This document shows positions 38,064-48,653 of a stretch of 64,000 bases of DNA, in pieces. A model generated the notes under the pieces. That model worked only from the letters and a program-made list of their open reading frames with translations, did not search any database and was not told the DNA's origin. The stretch lies in IMG/VR virus record IMGVR_UViG_3300008116_000004, one strand, 5' to 3'. The translations under genes and the position numbers were made by a program. Position 1 is the stretch's first letter, and each line of letters begins with the position of its first letter. Source of the DNA: a virus.

Positions 38064-38831
38064 TTATTGTAAAGACGGCCACTGTTTCTTATCTGGATCA
38101 GTATTTTCAAGTACTTTAAGATCACCAGGAATCAATGGACTGAAGTCAATTTTTGTTTCTTGTTCTACTTTCTGAACAGAAACTACGTATTTTGGAAGAT
38201 CTTTAACTTCCAACTTTTCATTAGGAAAGATAAACGCAATCATTTTTTTATTAGTAGGATCAATAATAACTTTAAAGAGTCTTGTAGGTACTGCTACTTT
38301 ATTAGTACCAATAGTCTTATATCCGTTATCGTAAATAGAACCTTGAATAACATACAAGTCAGCACCTGACACAACCCAGTTACGTACGAATACTTCTAGC
38401 TGTTTCCAGATACCTCTGTTGTTGCCTGGATTCTGAGGTACCATATTTGAAAGAAGAAACGATTCAGACATGGCTTGTTTGTTAGCACCGTTATTAGCAG
38501 CTGGACTCATATGGCCACGATCATATCCTGCACCATTATAGTCTTGTAATGTTGACTGATGTTCTGGTTTAATTTCAGGATCTGGTCTAAAGTCTTCTGT
38601 GCGAGGTTCTTCACCAATACGATCTTTAGATACGTGTTCGGCAACATAAAGAGGATTCTTATATACTGTACTATAAGCCACTGCATAACTTGAACGACAT
38701 AGATACTGAATATTTTCTTTTACTAATGGTTCAGGTGCACCCCATTTAACATGTTGTGGACACTTATCGTCAATGGGGTTAGCAAATGCTAATGTTGGAA
38801 AAAATAGTAAAGCTAATAATAACTTTTTCAT
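38064..38831 (-). CDS. DNA/RNA non-specific endonuclease (NucA-like), secreted
   Basis: Signal peptide, YDRGH, SNMVPQ, NRGIW. Confidence 0.9.
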   Translation of the reverse strand: MKKLLLALLFFPTLAFANPIDDKCPQHVKWGAPEPLVKENIQYLCRSSYAVAYSTVYKNPLYVAEHVSKDRIGEEPRTEDFRPDPEIKPEHQSTLQDYNGAGYDRGHMSPAANNGANKQAMSESFLLSNMVPQNPGNNRGIWKQLEVFVRNWVVSGADLYVIQGSIYDNGYKTIGTNKVAVPTRLFKVIIDPTNKKMIAFIFPNEKLEVKDLPKYVVSVQKVEQETKIDFSPLIPGDLKVLENTDPDKKQWPSLQ

Positions 38832-38841
38832 CCTGTATTCC

Positions 38842-39876
38842 TTATGTAATCAGCCAATCTGGTCGGCTTAGTGTCCAATCGACAACTTGTTTAATTCGTT
38901 CAGTCAATTCAATCTTAGGTTCCCAACCCATTGCCTTCATTCTCTCGCCACTAAGAGCGTATCTGAGATCATGACCAGGACGAGATGAATGAAAGTCGAC
39001 CAATTCGTACTTCAATTCTTTACCCTGGCAATCAGCAATGATTTGAGCTAATTGTAGATTATTTATTTCTTGCTTTCCAACAATATTGAACTTAGGACAT
39101 TTAACACCACTTGTCGTAGTGTCATTAGGATCATTGTTTGTATCTGCATTATTAATTAAAAACATAATTGCATCTGCAACATCTACCGCATGAATATAAT
39201 GACGGCTTCCTGGAATTGTTTTTGATGCATCAGAATGTACAGTGATTGTTTCACCATCTCTGATCTTCTTAATGCATTTAGGAATATACTTTTCTGGATG
39301 TTGCCTTTCACCAAACACATTCATTGTATGAGTTACAATGATTGGTAATTTGTAAGTGTTATGATAAGCTACTGCAAGTTCTTCACCACCAGCTTTTGTT
39401 GCTGAATATGGGTTAGTAGAATTGTAACGATCATACTCATCATAGTTTACACCTTTAGGTGCAGGACCAAACACTTCATCAGTCGAGAAGTAAATAAACT
39501 TTTCTAATGATCCATTACATCCTCTAGCATATTCTAAGATATTACATGTTGCCACAACATTATCAAGAACAAACTCCATGGGATAATCAATAGACCTATC
39601 CACATGACTACCAGCGGCCAGATGAACAATAATGTCAACTGGGCCAATACGGGAAGCAGTGAGAGGAGTAATAGCTGCCTTGAGGTCATGATATACAACC
39701 TTAACTCTATGTTTGTGAGGGTTATCTTTTACTAGATCATGTAGACGATTTAAGTTACCTGAAAAATCTAGACGATCTAGAGTAACTATATTCCAATCAG
39801 TATTATTTAAAAAATAATTTACAACATGATGAGCTACAAAACCAGCACCACCAGTAATTAAAACATTCTTACTCAT
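38842..39876 (-). CDS. dTDP-glucose 4,6-dehydratase-like NDP-sugar dehydratase
   Basis: TGGAGF, SHVDRSI, STDEVFG, YSATK, RPGHDLRYA. Confidence 0.88.
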   Translation of the reverse strand: MSKNVLITGGAGFVAHHVVNYFLNNTDWNIVTLDRLDFSGNLNRLHDLVKDNPHKHRVKVVYHDLKAAITPLTASRIGPVDIIVHLAAGSHVDRSIDYPMEFVLDNVVATCNILEYARGCNGSLEKFIYFSTDEVFGPAPKGVNYDEYDRYNSTNPYSATKAGGEELAVAYHNTYKLPIIVTHTMNVFGERQHPEKYIPKCIKKIRDGETITVHSDASKTIPGSRHYIHAVDVADAIMFLINNADTNNDPNDTTTSGVKCPKFNIVGKQEINNLQLAQIIADCQGKELKYELVDFHSSRPGHDLRYALSGERMKAMGWEPKIELTERIKQVVDWTLSRPDWLIT

Positions 39877-40460
39877 AATTTTACCTCATATAACCAACTA
39901 TCCCAACCAATATTATCATATACTTTAATATTATCTTTACCAAAAATTTCATTCACTGCTATGTATACACCATGATCAGGATGGTCAGGAGGTGATGCAT
40001 AATCATGACCACCTATAAACCCACTCTTTTTAATTTTAGGTAACCATGCAAGCAAATCTTTTTTTACATTTTCATACTTATGAGATGCATCTATAAAAAC
40101 AAAATCAACTGAGTTGTCCTTAAACAATTTAGCTGCCTGCACACTATGTTTCTTGTATGTTGTAATATGATCTTTTATAGGTTTTATATTGGAAAGATAT
40201 TCTTCATATAATGTATTATCTTTTATTGAATTGTTTTCCATTATTTGTGGTTCACCTGGAGAACCTATAAAAGTATCAACAGCATAAAATTTAATATTTT
40301 TATTTTTATTGATAGACTCGACTACTGCATAACTAATTGATTTTCCTTTCCAAACTCCTACTTCTACGAAAATAGAATTATCAGAAAGTTTTTCTATCAT
40401 ATCATCATACAATTTTTCAAAGTTAAAAAAACCTTGAATATTATGATAAATGTGTTCCAT
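39873..40460 (-). CDS. Class I SAM methyltransferase (Methyltransf_24-like)
   Basis: VEVGVWKGKS, FVFIDASH, GHDY. Confidence 0.85.
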   Translation of the reverse strand: MEHIYHNIQGFFNFEKLYDDMIEKLSDNSIFVEVGVWKGKSISYAVVESINKNKNIKFYAVDTFIGSPGEPQIMENNSIKDNTLYEEYLSNIKPIKDHITTYKKHSVQAAKLFKDNSVDFVFIDASHKYENVKKDLLAWLPKIKKSGFIGGHDYASPPDHPDHGVYIAVNEIFGKDNIKVYDNIGWDSWLYEVKL

Positions 40461-41089
40461 TATTCTGCAACAATAAATGCATTGCCAAACTGATGAGTTT
40501 TTGTCCAGTTACCTTTAAGGTGTCCCATCTGATAGTCAAAGAACTTGATTTTGAAACCAGCTTCACCAAGAGCCTTCAACCAAAACTCTTCAGGTTCTCT
40601 GATCACATGAGTGATGTCCATTTCGTATTGACGAATACGAAACTTTTTATTATCACCTAACGGTACAGCAACTAAAATATTTCTACAACGGATGCGAAAT
40701 GCTTTTAGGATACCTGGTAGCACATCATAAGGAACATGCTCTAGGACATCTTTAGCCATAATGAGATCATAGTTACCTTTAATATCATCTACACTATTAA
40801 TGATGCTAAGATAATCTTTTACTTCTGGCATACCTGCATTAACTGCGTATTCGGAAATATCTACACCGTAAGCTTCTTTGCCAAGAAGTCTCATGGCATA
40901 GACCATGAAGCCTTTTGCACAACCAAAGTCAAGCACTGTTTCAAAATTAACTTTTTCGATAATAGATGTAGCTTCACGAATTGTGCGCTCAGGCATCCAG
41001 CGATAGTTTTCATAACCACTAATGTGATTATTAATACCATCTTCATAATATTTTTCATCAAATATATTCATATTAAAATCCTTAAGCAA
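40460..41089 (-). CDS. Class I SAM methyltransferase
   Basis: VLDFGCAKG, GVDIS, DVLEH. Confidence 0.85.
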   Translation of the reverse strand: MLKDFNMNIFDEKYYEDGINNHISGYENYRWMPERTIREATSIIEKVNFETVLDFGCAKGFMVYAMRLLGKEAYGVDISEYAVNAGMPEVKDYLSIINSVDDIKGNYDLIMAKDVLEHVPYDVLPGILKAFRIRCRNILVAVPLGDNKKFRIRQYEMDITHVIREPEEFWLKALGEAGFKIKFFDYQMGHLKGNWTKTHQFGNAFIVAE

Positions 41090-42170
41090 ATTCGTTATGT
41101 CTTGTTTCCGTTACAATATCGTCGATAAGTTCGTTTTGTAGAGCATACTTACAGAATGAGCAAGCATGATGTCTACGCTTAGTATTAATATCACCGTCAA
41201 TCGAATTATAGTAATCTAAGATACCATCGATGTCAGCAATTTTAAACTCAGCATTAACATGATATCCGTTCTCGGGTGCAAGTTCTGCTGATGGGCAAAC
41301 ATAAACGTTACCATCTGTAAACACGCAAGGCTTAACCATATGCATGTAACAATTATCGTTACGACGAGTGCCTTTGAAGTTAAAGTCTGAAAGGAAAGCA
41401 AACTTCAATGGACCATTCTCTGCTTCGAAGTTATTAAGAATGCCTCGAATCTTTTCAATGTCCTTAGCAGTTTCCTTTGGATCCTTGATAGCATTAAATG
41501 CAATGCGGCAAGGTATCTTCTTCTCTTCTACCCACTTAAGCATACGAATAAAGTTTTCTTCCTTATAGGTATTCTTAGCAAGAACTTTCTTACCTGCAAG
41601 TTCACTATTAGTCTCTGTCCACTGACCAGTAATGTTAGGGTTGGTAGAAGTTTCTAGTGCACCATCCCAAACATATGCAGCTGAGATTTCAATATTAGTA
41701 AGACCTTCAAATACTGAAAGGTCATAATCATATCCTTCGTCAAACCCGTACATACCAAGACGTACCCAGGATACTTTATCCCAATTCTTAATCTTCTTAA
41801 GACGCGAACCGTTTGTTACAATACCAATCTTAATTCCTTTTGCATGAATGTAATCAATCATGAAGTTAAGATCAGGATGAAGAGTAGGTTCGCCACCACC
41901 AGTAAATTCCATACCAAGAACACCAAGTTCAGCAAACTGATCTACGGCTTTAATCATCTGTTCCTTGGTAAGCATTTCCTTCAAGTTACGATTAGCAAAG
42001 CAGCAGAATGAACAAGTCAGATTGCAAGGATTGCAAGGTGACATATGGAACATTACAGGCTTTGGTCTTCCTCCTTTTTGGATAATAGAAAGCCTATCCA
42101 TATGCTTAAGAAGCTTAACATGATTACTTGTGTAGCTTCTACCTTGAACTTTTGTTTCCATCTCGTGCAT
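41082..42170 (-). CDS. Radical SAM protein with C-terminal SPASM/twitch-like Cys cluster
   Basis: CNLTCSFC, TGGGEPTL, C-terminal CY...DGNVYVC...CSFC. Confidence 0.88.
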   Translation of the reverse strand: MHEMETKVQGRSYTSNHVKLLKHMDRLSIIQKGGRPKPVMFHMSPCNPCNLTCSFCCFANRNLKEMLTKEQMIKAVDQFAELGVLGMEFTGGGEPTLHPDLNFMIDYIHAKGIKIGIVTNGSRLKKIKNWDKVSWVRLGMYGFDEGYDYDLSVFEGLTNIEISAAYVWDGALETSTNPNITGQWTETNSELAGKKVLAKNTYKEENFIRMLKWVEEKKIPCRIAFNAIKDPKETAKDIEKIRGILNNFEAENGPLKFAFLSDFNFKGTRRNDNCYMHMVKPCVFTDGNVYVCPSAELAPENGYHVNAEFKIADIDGILDYYNSIDGDINTKRRHHACSFCKYALQNELIDDIVTETRHNEFA

Positions 42171-42181
42171 AATATTTTTCC

Positions 42182-42781
42182 TTATTGTTTAATCCAGTAC
42201 CAGACATTATCTGCACATGTTGCTATTGGAGGGTAGTCACCTTCAGATCTAAATTTATTTAGAGCAGCATTCACTCCAGGCAATCCATAATCATGCCCGG
42301 AAAAGATACCGCCTTTTCTTACTTTATTATAAAAGTTTTTACAATCTCTATAAACAGCTTCTTCTGAATGATCACCATCTATAAAAATATAATCTAGAGA
42401 TTCATCAGAATAATCTTGTAAAATATTCTCACATTTATCTTTTACTATGATAATTCTACCTTCAAACTGTTCTGTGTTCTTAACAGCTGCTTGGTATTGA
42501 GCATCTAATATATCTTCTCCAATATACGAATTCCAATCTTGATAAGGAAGATATGGATCAACTCCTATAAGATGAAGGTTAGGTATATTAGAAAGAAAAT
42601 GATTAATGTTCCAACCGCTTGCTACCCCGATCTCCATACCTATTATAGGAGTATCTTCATCTATTGTAAGTTGTTTTACTACAGGTACTAGCCCAGAAGC
42701 AGAAATGTATTTTTTTTGCTCCCATTCATTTTTTTCTACAAGTTCAGATATTAACCATGGATATAAATTTGAGTTTGTCAT
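42182..42781 (-). CDS. Class I SAM methyltransferase (Methyltransf_24-like)
   Basis: MEIGVASG, YIFIDGDH, SGHDY. Confidence 0.85.
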   Translation of the reverse strand: MTNSNLYPWLISELVEKNEWEQKKYISASGLVPVVKQLTIDEDTPIIGMEIGVASGWNINHFLSNIPNLHLIGVDPYLPYQDWNSYIGEDILDAQYQAAVKNTEQFEGRIIIVKDKCENILQDYSDESLDYIFIDGDHSEEAVYRDCKNFYNKVRKGGIFSGHDYGLPGVNAALNKFRSEGDYPPIATCADNVWYWIKQ

Positions 42782-43566
42782 TTTCTTTTCACTTCTTCGT
42801 AAATTGTATAATCTATACCAAATAATGGTGTAACATATTCATGATAATGCTGCATCATAAAATCTGGATAAACACTATTAAAAATATGATACATTTCTCT
42901 ATTAGCTTCGTCTACCTTATAATATGAGGGTGTATACCCTTTAAATGATGCAGGAGGGTGATAAACTGAACTACTATGAACCACCATAGCTTTTTCTTTT
43001 AATACTTTAGAAAGAATAACATCAAAACCGTAACCACTTTTAAAGTCATGCAATTTCCACAACTCAAGTAATGTTGGAATACAGGATGTGTGCACAAAGT
43101 TACACATTCCTTCTACAAATCTTGTAATAGAATATTCTAGGTCTTCTCTTTGATGCAGAATATGATGTGAACTTTCAGAGCCTTTGTAGGTAGATAATTG
43201 AAATAATTTAATTCTATTATCATAAGCAAGCTTAATTGCTCTATTAATATTATCAATATCTGTTATTAAATCATCATCAAAAAAACCGATATACTCATAA
43301 TCAGTCCAGTCAAATTCTTGTAAAAATTTATGAGCGATTTGCCACTTAAACCCTTTGTTTTCCCAGCTAATATAATCATATGTATTAGGTTCTATTTCAA
43401 TATCATTATATCTATAGAGTACAGTTTCATACAAACGTTCTGGTTTAGTATATCTCCAGTGATTATCTGAATCGTAAGCTTCTGGATAAAAATTAATAGG
43501 TATACCTACTGAACTAAAAATGAGACTTTTCTTCATCTGTATTTTTCTTCTATAGATTGTTTCCAC
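42778..43566 (-). CDS. Glycosyltransferase-like (DUF707-like)
   Basis: GFKW, YIGFFDDD, FVE, SGYGFD. Confidence 0.65.
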   Translation of the reverse strand: METIYRRKIQMKKSLIFSSVGIPINFYPEAYDSDNHWRYTKPERLYETVLYRYNDIEIEPNTYDYISWENKGFKWQIAHKFLQEFDWTDYEYIGFFDDDLITDIDNINRAIKLAYDNRIKLFQLSTYKGSESSHHILHQREDLEYSITRFVEGMCNFVHTSCIPTLLELWKLHDFKSGYGFDVILSKVLKEKAMVVHSSSVYHPPASFKGYTPSYYKVDEANREMYHIFNSVYPDFMMQHYHEYVTPLFGIDYTIYEEVKRK

Positions 43567-44387
43567 ATCGAATTACGATTATATTGGTGAACTATAAAAT
43601 AATCAATACCTGAAGAAGTTTTTACCATACCGTTTTCAAATTTAGGATTAGCTTCAATATTAACTCTCGAATAATCTTTATATGGGTCTGCAACTGTACC
43701 TACTTGACAAGCCCAGCCACTATCATGACTTACATAACGAGTAATTAGTTTATAAGGGATAGTTGAGAGTAGTACGTTATAAGCTGCTTGATCTGAACCA
43801 CCACCACCAGGTACATGTTGTTGTTTTCCAGTACATAAAGAGTAGATCGAGAAGAAAAGATCACTCATAGCTTCAGTTTTACCAGCCATAACTCCAGCGT
43901 TGTATATTGAGATGTCTTTTAACTTCTCATACACTTCTTCACCAAATGCTAATTTCATATTATTAGCACCCCATACCTCATCTTTATATCTTATATTTTC
44001 TGAAGAAGAAATAATATGTTTAGTTGATATACTATCTATTAAACTAAAATAAACGTATTTGCTGGGATCTTTCTGAAAGATCACATCAGTAACATCCGTA
44101 GTAATAATAAAATCATATTTTTCTTTTCTATCTTGTAGTATTGCATAGTAAACATAAAATCTTACAACACAGACATGTTCATTAGGTTCTAATTTTCTCA
44201 GAGAAATTACTTCAAAATTATTTTGTTCAAATTTTTGTTCAAGTTCTTTATTGTCACCAAAAATAATAATAAGTTTATCCCCAGAATAGCCGCTTTGATT
44301 AAGAGAATTAACCCAAAATTTACATTTATCCCAAGTAAGATCAGAGGTAATAGATCCTAGTACTAGACTACTCACAATTCGCCCCAT
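43533..44387 (-). CDS. GT-A fold glycosyltransferase-like
   Basis: TDVTDVIFQKDP, YNAGV, DQAAYN, IVHQY. Confidence 0.7.
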   Translation of the reverse strand: MGRIVSSLVLGSITSDLTWDKCKFWVNSLNQSGYSGDKLIIIFGDNKELEQKFEQNNFEVISLRKLEPNEHVCVVRFYVYYAILQDRKEKYDFIITTDVTDVIFQKDPSKYVYFSLIDSISTKHIISSSENIRYKDEVWGANNMKLAFGEEVYEKLKDISIYNAGVMAGKTEAMSDLFFSIYSLCTGKQQHVPGGGGSDQAAYNVLLSTIPYKLITRYVSHDSGWACQVGTVADPYKDYSRVNIEANPKFENGMVKTSSGIDYFIVHQYNRNSMWKQSIEEKYR

Positions 44388-45109
44388 ACTTTTAAATAAT
44401 CACTTTGTTGAAAATTATTATTATTATTTACATCTTTAATTTTTTTTGCAGCAAATGCTATGTAGTGTGAGTTAGGTGATGTTTTAAATTCTTGTCTATC
44501 ACCTTTTTTAGGTTCAGGTATATGATACATGTCAAACGATTCATCTGAAGTCAATTCATAAATGTCCAAACTAAGTTGTTCATAACCTGCTTGTTCTGAA
44601 AAAACTGTTCTAAAAAATTCTGGGCTAAATTGATAAAAACCATGTCCTGCAAAATTATTACATGTGGTAATAATTGCTACTACCCCACCTACCTTTAGCA
44701 TAATTTTGTAATTATCAATCACTGTTTTAATATCATAGATATGTTCAATAGTACCTGCGTCTAAAATATAATCGAAAGTATTATGGTATATCTCGTCGAC
44801 TGGTTTATTCATATCATGAACTATAGAACAACCTTCATAAGGTGAATAATCTATTGTATCTACACTATCAGCACCTAGTAGTCTAAATAGTTTTTCTGTA
44901 TGACCATCACCACCATTAACAGTATCTTCTGCTGTAAAATTAATGTCATGGTCTGATAAAATTTTATTACTAATTGCTGCTTTCCTGCCAGATCTATCTG
45001 CCCAGGAACCTGCATAGTGGAGACCTTGTCTTCCAATCTGCAGTGTTTTGCCTTTTACATATTGTTTATGATCAGCAATAAAGTTCAAACACGAAATATC
45101 AATACCCAT
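44372..45109 (-). CDS. SAM methyltransferase-like
   Basis: IDYS.YEG, DAGTIEH, GHGFYQFSPE. Confidence 0.7.
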   Translation of the reverse strand: MGIDISCLNFIADHKQYVKGKTLQIGRQGLHYAGSWADRSGRKAAISNKILSDHDINFTAEDTVNGGDGHTEKLFRLLGADSVDTIDYSPYEGCSIVHDMNKPVDEIYHNTFDYILDAGTIEHIYDIKTVIDNYKIMLKVGGVVAIITTCNNFAGHGFYQFSPEFFRTVFSEQAGYEQLSLDIYELTSDESFDMYHIPEPKKGDRQEFKTSPNSHYIAFAAKKIKDVNNNNNFQQSDYLKVWGEL

Positions 45110-45127
45110 AACAACCTCATAATAAAG

Positions 45128-45151
45128 AAAAGGGGCGCAGAGTGCGCCCCT
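45128..45151 (-). terminator. Intrinsic terminator
   Basis: ggggcgca-gag-tgcgcccc with a U-tract on the minus strand. Confidence 0.7.
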
Positions 45152-45166
45152 GTGTAGTATTATTTA

Positions 45167-45748
45167 TTATTGTTCTTTCTTAATTTTATTCAAGAGATGG
45201 TTAAGAACAACACCGTAGATAGGAAGAATAATAACAAGACTTACAATAGTCTTGAATACAACATCGGCATTTGCAATTGCAAGCCAGTTAGCTGCCATAT
45301 ACTCGTTAGTGCTGTTATAGAATGCTGCACCAAAGAAAGCATATGTGTCAACAATGTTTGCAAAGATACCTGAAACTAATGGTGCAACCCACCAAGAAGA
45401 ATACTTTTCTCTTACTTTCTGGAATACTGTTACGTCAAACAATTGACCAATAAGATATGCTACTGCTGACGCAACACCGATACGCCAATCAGAAAGAGCA
45501 GCACTAACTACTGCCGCAGGAATAAAAGCCATACCAACAACTACTCTTGATTGATGTTTATTGGTAAGACGTGTAGTCAAATCAGTTGCTACAAGAACTA
45601 ATGGGAAGAGGAACATTGCCCATGTTACTTTAAGTCCAAAAATTTCTAATGGAAACTGAACAATATAATTTGCAAGTCCGATAATGAATACATGGACAAG
45701 CATAAGTTTTAATGCTAGATTTTTATTTACTTCTGCAAAGTTAATCAT
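45167..45748 (-). CDS. VUT-family (YhhQ-like) queuosine-precursor transporter
   Basis: [10 protein letters not shown]...ATDLT.R, AS..AY.IGQLFDV.VF, N.VDT..FF; multi-TM. Confidence 0.85.
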   Translation of the reverse strand: MINFAEVNKNLALKLMLVHVFIIGLANYIVQFPLEIFGLKVTWAMFLFPLVLVATDLTTRLTNKHQSRVVVGMAFIPAAVVSAALSDWRIGVASAVAYLIGQLFDVTVFQKVREKYSSWWVAPLVSGIFANIVDTYAFFGAAFYNSTNEYMAANWLAIANADVVFKTIVSLVIILPIYGVVLNHLLNKIKKEQ

Positions 45749-46863
45749 ATAGTATTCCTTTCAAATACATTATTGTATTGCTGGGTTACTCTAACAAATG
45801 TAGTACACTTGCTGAGATACTTCAACTTTGAGGCTCCAACATAGGTGCATGCGGACCTCAAACCACCTAAAATATCTCGTACTGTATCGGAAGCTTTTCC
45901 TTTATACGGTACGAGTACCTCTCTTCCTTCTGAAGATCGGTAATCCTTAAGACCACCAAAGTGTTTATCATTGGCAGCCTTGGAACTCATTCCATAGAAC
46001 TTTACGAATTTCTTTTCTTCTGTGATTGGTTTGTATGTATCCCAATCACGATCATATGACCACTCACCTGTACTGAGATACTTAGTAACAATATCACCAC
46101 CACCTTCATCGTGGCCGGCAAGCATGCCACCAAGCATTACAAAGTCAGCACCAGCTGCAAATGCTTTAGCAACATCGCCAGGAGAAGTACAACCACCATC
46201 AGCTATGATATGCCCACCAAGTCCATGAGCAGCGTCAGCGCACTCGATAACAGCTGAGAGCTGCGGATAACCAACACCTGTTTTAATGCGGGTAGTGCAA
46301 ACAGAACCAGGACCAATGCCTACTTTAACGATATCAGCTCCAGCAAGGATCAACTCCTCTGTAATATCACCGGTAACAACATTACCTGCAATGATTGTAA
46401 GTAAAGGATAATTATCTCTTACATGTTTAACTACATCAATAAAACGTTCTGTATATCCGTTTGCAACATCAATACAAACATATTTTAGTTTACTACTATG
46501 TCTATAAACATAGTGAAGTTTATTAAGATCATCTTCACCTATACCAATACTCATAGCGGTATGATCATTAACGTCATGATCAATTATAGAAGCATCATGT
46601 AAAAACTCTACTACTTCTTCTGGAGAATAGTGTTTAACAAGACAGGTAAACATATTGAAGTTTGATAACTCGACTGCCATACGACGAGTACCAACACCAT
46701 CCATATTTGCAGCGATAATAGGAACTCCGCAATAGTTAAGTTGACTATTGCGGAAAGTATATTCACGTTCTAGTGATACTGTTTTTCTAGAAGTAAGTGT
46801 ACTACGTTTAGGTCTTAGTAGTACATCTTTAAAGTCAAGTTTTTGATCATTATCGATACGCAT
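45745..46863 (-). CDS. guaC: GMP reductase
   Basis: [39 protein letters not shown]; no CBS domains. Confidence 0.92.
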   Translation of the reverse strand: MRIDNDQKLDFKDVLLRPKRSTLTSRKTVSLEREYTFRNSQLNYCGVPIIAANMDGVGTRRMAVELSNFNMFTCLVKHYSPEEVVEFLHDASIIDHDVNDHTAMSIGIGEDDLNKLHYVYRHSSKLKYVCIDVANGYTERFIDVVKHVRDNYPLLTIIAGNVVTGDITEELILAGADIVKVGIGPGSVCTTRIKTGVGYPQLSAVIECADAAHGLGGHIIADGGCTSPGDVAKAFAAGADFVMLGGMLAGHDEGGGDIVTKYLSTGEWSYDRDWDTYKPITEEKKFVKFYGMSSKAANDKHFGGLKDYRSSEGREVLVPYKGKASDTVRDILGGLRSACTYVGASKLKYLSKCTTFVRVTQQYNNVFERNTI

Positions 46864-46962
46864 TAGTCTACTGTACCGATAATCTTAAATGAACGACCAA
46901 TCCAAAATCCAACATACCACTTCTTTGTAAAGACATCATATCGCTTAACCATTTTATTCTCC

Positions 46963-47253
46963 TTAGAGTGACCAACGAGTTTTCTGGGTGATCTTATCGC
47001 GTTTAACTGGTCTGTCATAGCACTCAACGAACCCCATTAAGATACGAATCTGATTTTCAATAGGATACGACCAGTCACCCCAGTCATATACTGAATCTTC
47101 TTCTTTAGTGCACTTACGCAAATACTCTAAGTAACCATTAGTACATGCGTCTGCGTATTCTTTTTCATCAGAATCATTACGTACTGAAACGCGATGATAT
47201 AGACGGTAAGCTAGCCAAAGACGTTTAATATGATATTCGAGTTTGTTTTCCAT
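46963..47253 (-). CDS. Hypothetical protein
   Basis: ORF track. Confidence 0.55.
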   Translation of the reverse strand: MENKLEYHIKRLWLAYRLYHRVSVRNDSDEKEYADACTNGYLEYLRKCTKEEDSVYDWGDWSYPIENQIRILMGFVECYDRPVKRDKITQKTRWSL

Positions 47254-47275
47254 ATTATAATTATGGCTTATCTTA

Positions 47276-47989
47276 TTAAATAAATCCAGTACGATGTTTG
47301 TTCTCTTCCTTAATCTTTGCTAAAAGACTAGGCATTTCCCTGTTGTAAACAATTGATTCTCTATTTAGAATCTCATTAGAATCTTTAATCGTAGAAGTTG
47401 TAACTGCAAATGGTGTATGGTAGAACGTATTAGTAATATGATAGTTTTGATTAAGTTTATAGAACATTGTGTCGTATATGAAATTATCACCCCAGTACAA
47501 GTCTAGTCCTTCAATGATAGGGACGTATACGTCTTTATGGAAAAACATAAGTGTACCTAGACCGAAATGAAATCTATAGTCATAAGGTGTTGCACATTGT
47601 AAGAGAGTAATTTCACCAGTCGTAATAGGAATCTGATTGAAGTCTTTTACATTACCAGGACAAATACCACACAATCCTATATTAGGATTAAGGAACTGAT
47701 CCATACGATGAAATAATTTAAGATCAACTATTACATCATCGTTAATAAGACATATCTTATCATATTTGGCAATCTGTGTTCCTATGTTCCATGCTGGATT
47801 AACATAGATGTTCTTACCATATGATATACAGTTTACTTTAGAATGTGTAAATATGTTACTAGTAGGTGTTACAGCTGGATCATTATCAATAATAATAATT
47901 TCACCAATGGAAGGTACTTCAACCATATCTTCTACAAATTTAAGAAATGGTGGATACTTCCACATTGTAGGCACAACAACTGTTATCAT
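47276..47989 (-). CDS. GT2-like glycosyltransferase
   Basis: TVVVPT, IIIDN, VNPAWN, LINDD. Confidence 0.8.
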   Translation of the reverse strand: MITVVVPTMWKYPPFLKFVEDMVEVPSIGEIIIIDNDPAVTPTSNIFTHSKVNCISYGKNIYVNPAWNIGTQIAKYDKICLINDDVIVDLKLFHRMDQFLNPNIGLCGICPGNVKDFNQIPITTGEITLLQCATPYDYRFHFGLGTLMFFHKDVYVPIIEGLDLYWGDNFIYDTMFYKLNQNYHITNTFYHTPFAVTTSTIKDSNEILNRESIVYNREMPSLLAKIKEENKHRTGFI

Positions 47990-48006
47990 AACTACCTCAT
48001 AATAAA

Positions 48007-48097
48007 TGGCGGAGGGTATAGGATTCGAACCTATGGGACCGTGTTAGGGACCGACTCGTTAGCAATGAGCTGCTTTCGACCACTCAGCCAACCCTCC
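48007..48097 (-). tRNA. tRNA-Ser(GCT)
   Basis: TT-GCT-AA loop, long V-arm, G73-CCA. Confidence 0.9.
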
Positions 48098-48101
48098 AAT
48101 T

Positions 48102-48653
48102 CTATATTACTTTTAAAAACTTTTCTATGCCTTTGTTAATATTTTCTTGCCAGTGATTTGCTGAGTTTTCATCTGCATAATCTGTTAAATATTTGTAACA
48201 CGAAAAAGGTTTGTTCATTAAATTACAAACTTTTGCTATTGCATATGCTTCCATATCAACCGCATCTGTTTTTAATTCAGGTGAAGACATTACAAAATTA
48301 TCACCTGTGCTTAAAGTATAATGTGAATTACTGATAGTAATTGATCCGCTGTTTTTTTCAAACGGGGTATGACCTAGTTCTGCTAACGGTCTTGCATCCA
48401 TATCTCTTTGATACAAAGTGCCAATCTCAATAAGCTGTCCTATAAGATCTTTGTTAAGAGCTCCTGCAGTACCATAATTAATAATTCTAGTACATTTAGG
48501 ATCTATACATGCTTCTACTGCAGCAATTGTAGCATTAATTTTACCTACCCCGGTATATTTAATATACAAATCTGTACTATTAAATGGAAGCTCTTGCTCT
48601 AACGCTACTAGTATATAAATCACTTCAATTCCATCTGATATGCACTCATACAC
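48102..48653 (-). CDS. MTA/SAH nucleosidase-like (PNP_UDP_1 family)
   Basis: TGVGKINA, NYGTAG, STGDNF, VDMEAYA. Confidence 0.8.
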   Translation of the reverse strand: MYECISDGIEVIYILVALEQELPFNSTDLYIKYTGVGKINATIAAVEACIDPKCTRIINYGTAGALNKDLIGQLIEIGTLYQRDMDARPLAELGHTPFEKNSGSITISNSHYTLSTGDNFVMSSPELKTDAVDMEAYAIAKVCNLMNKPFSCYKYLTDYADENSANHWQENINKGIEKFLKVI

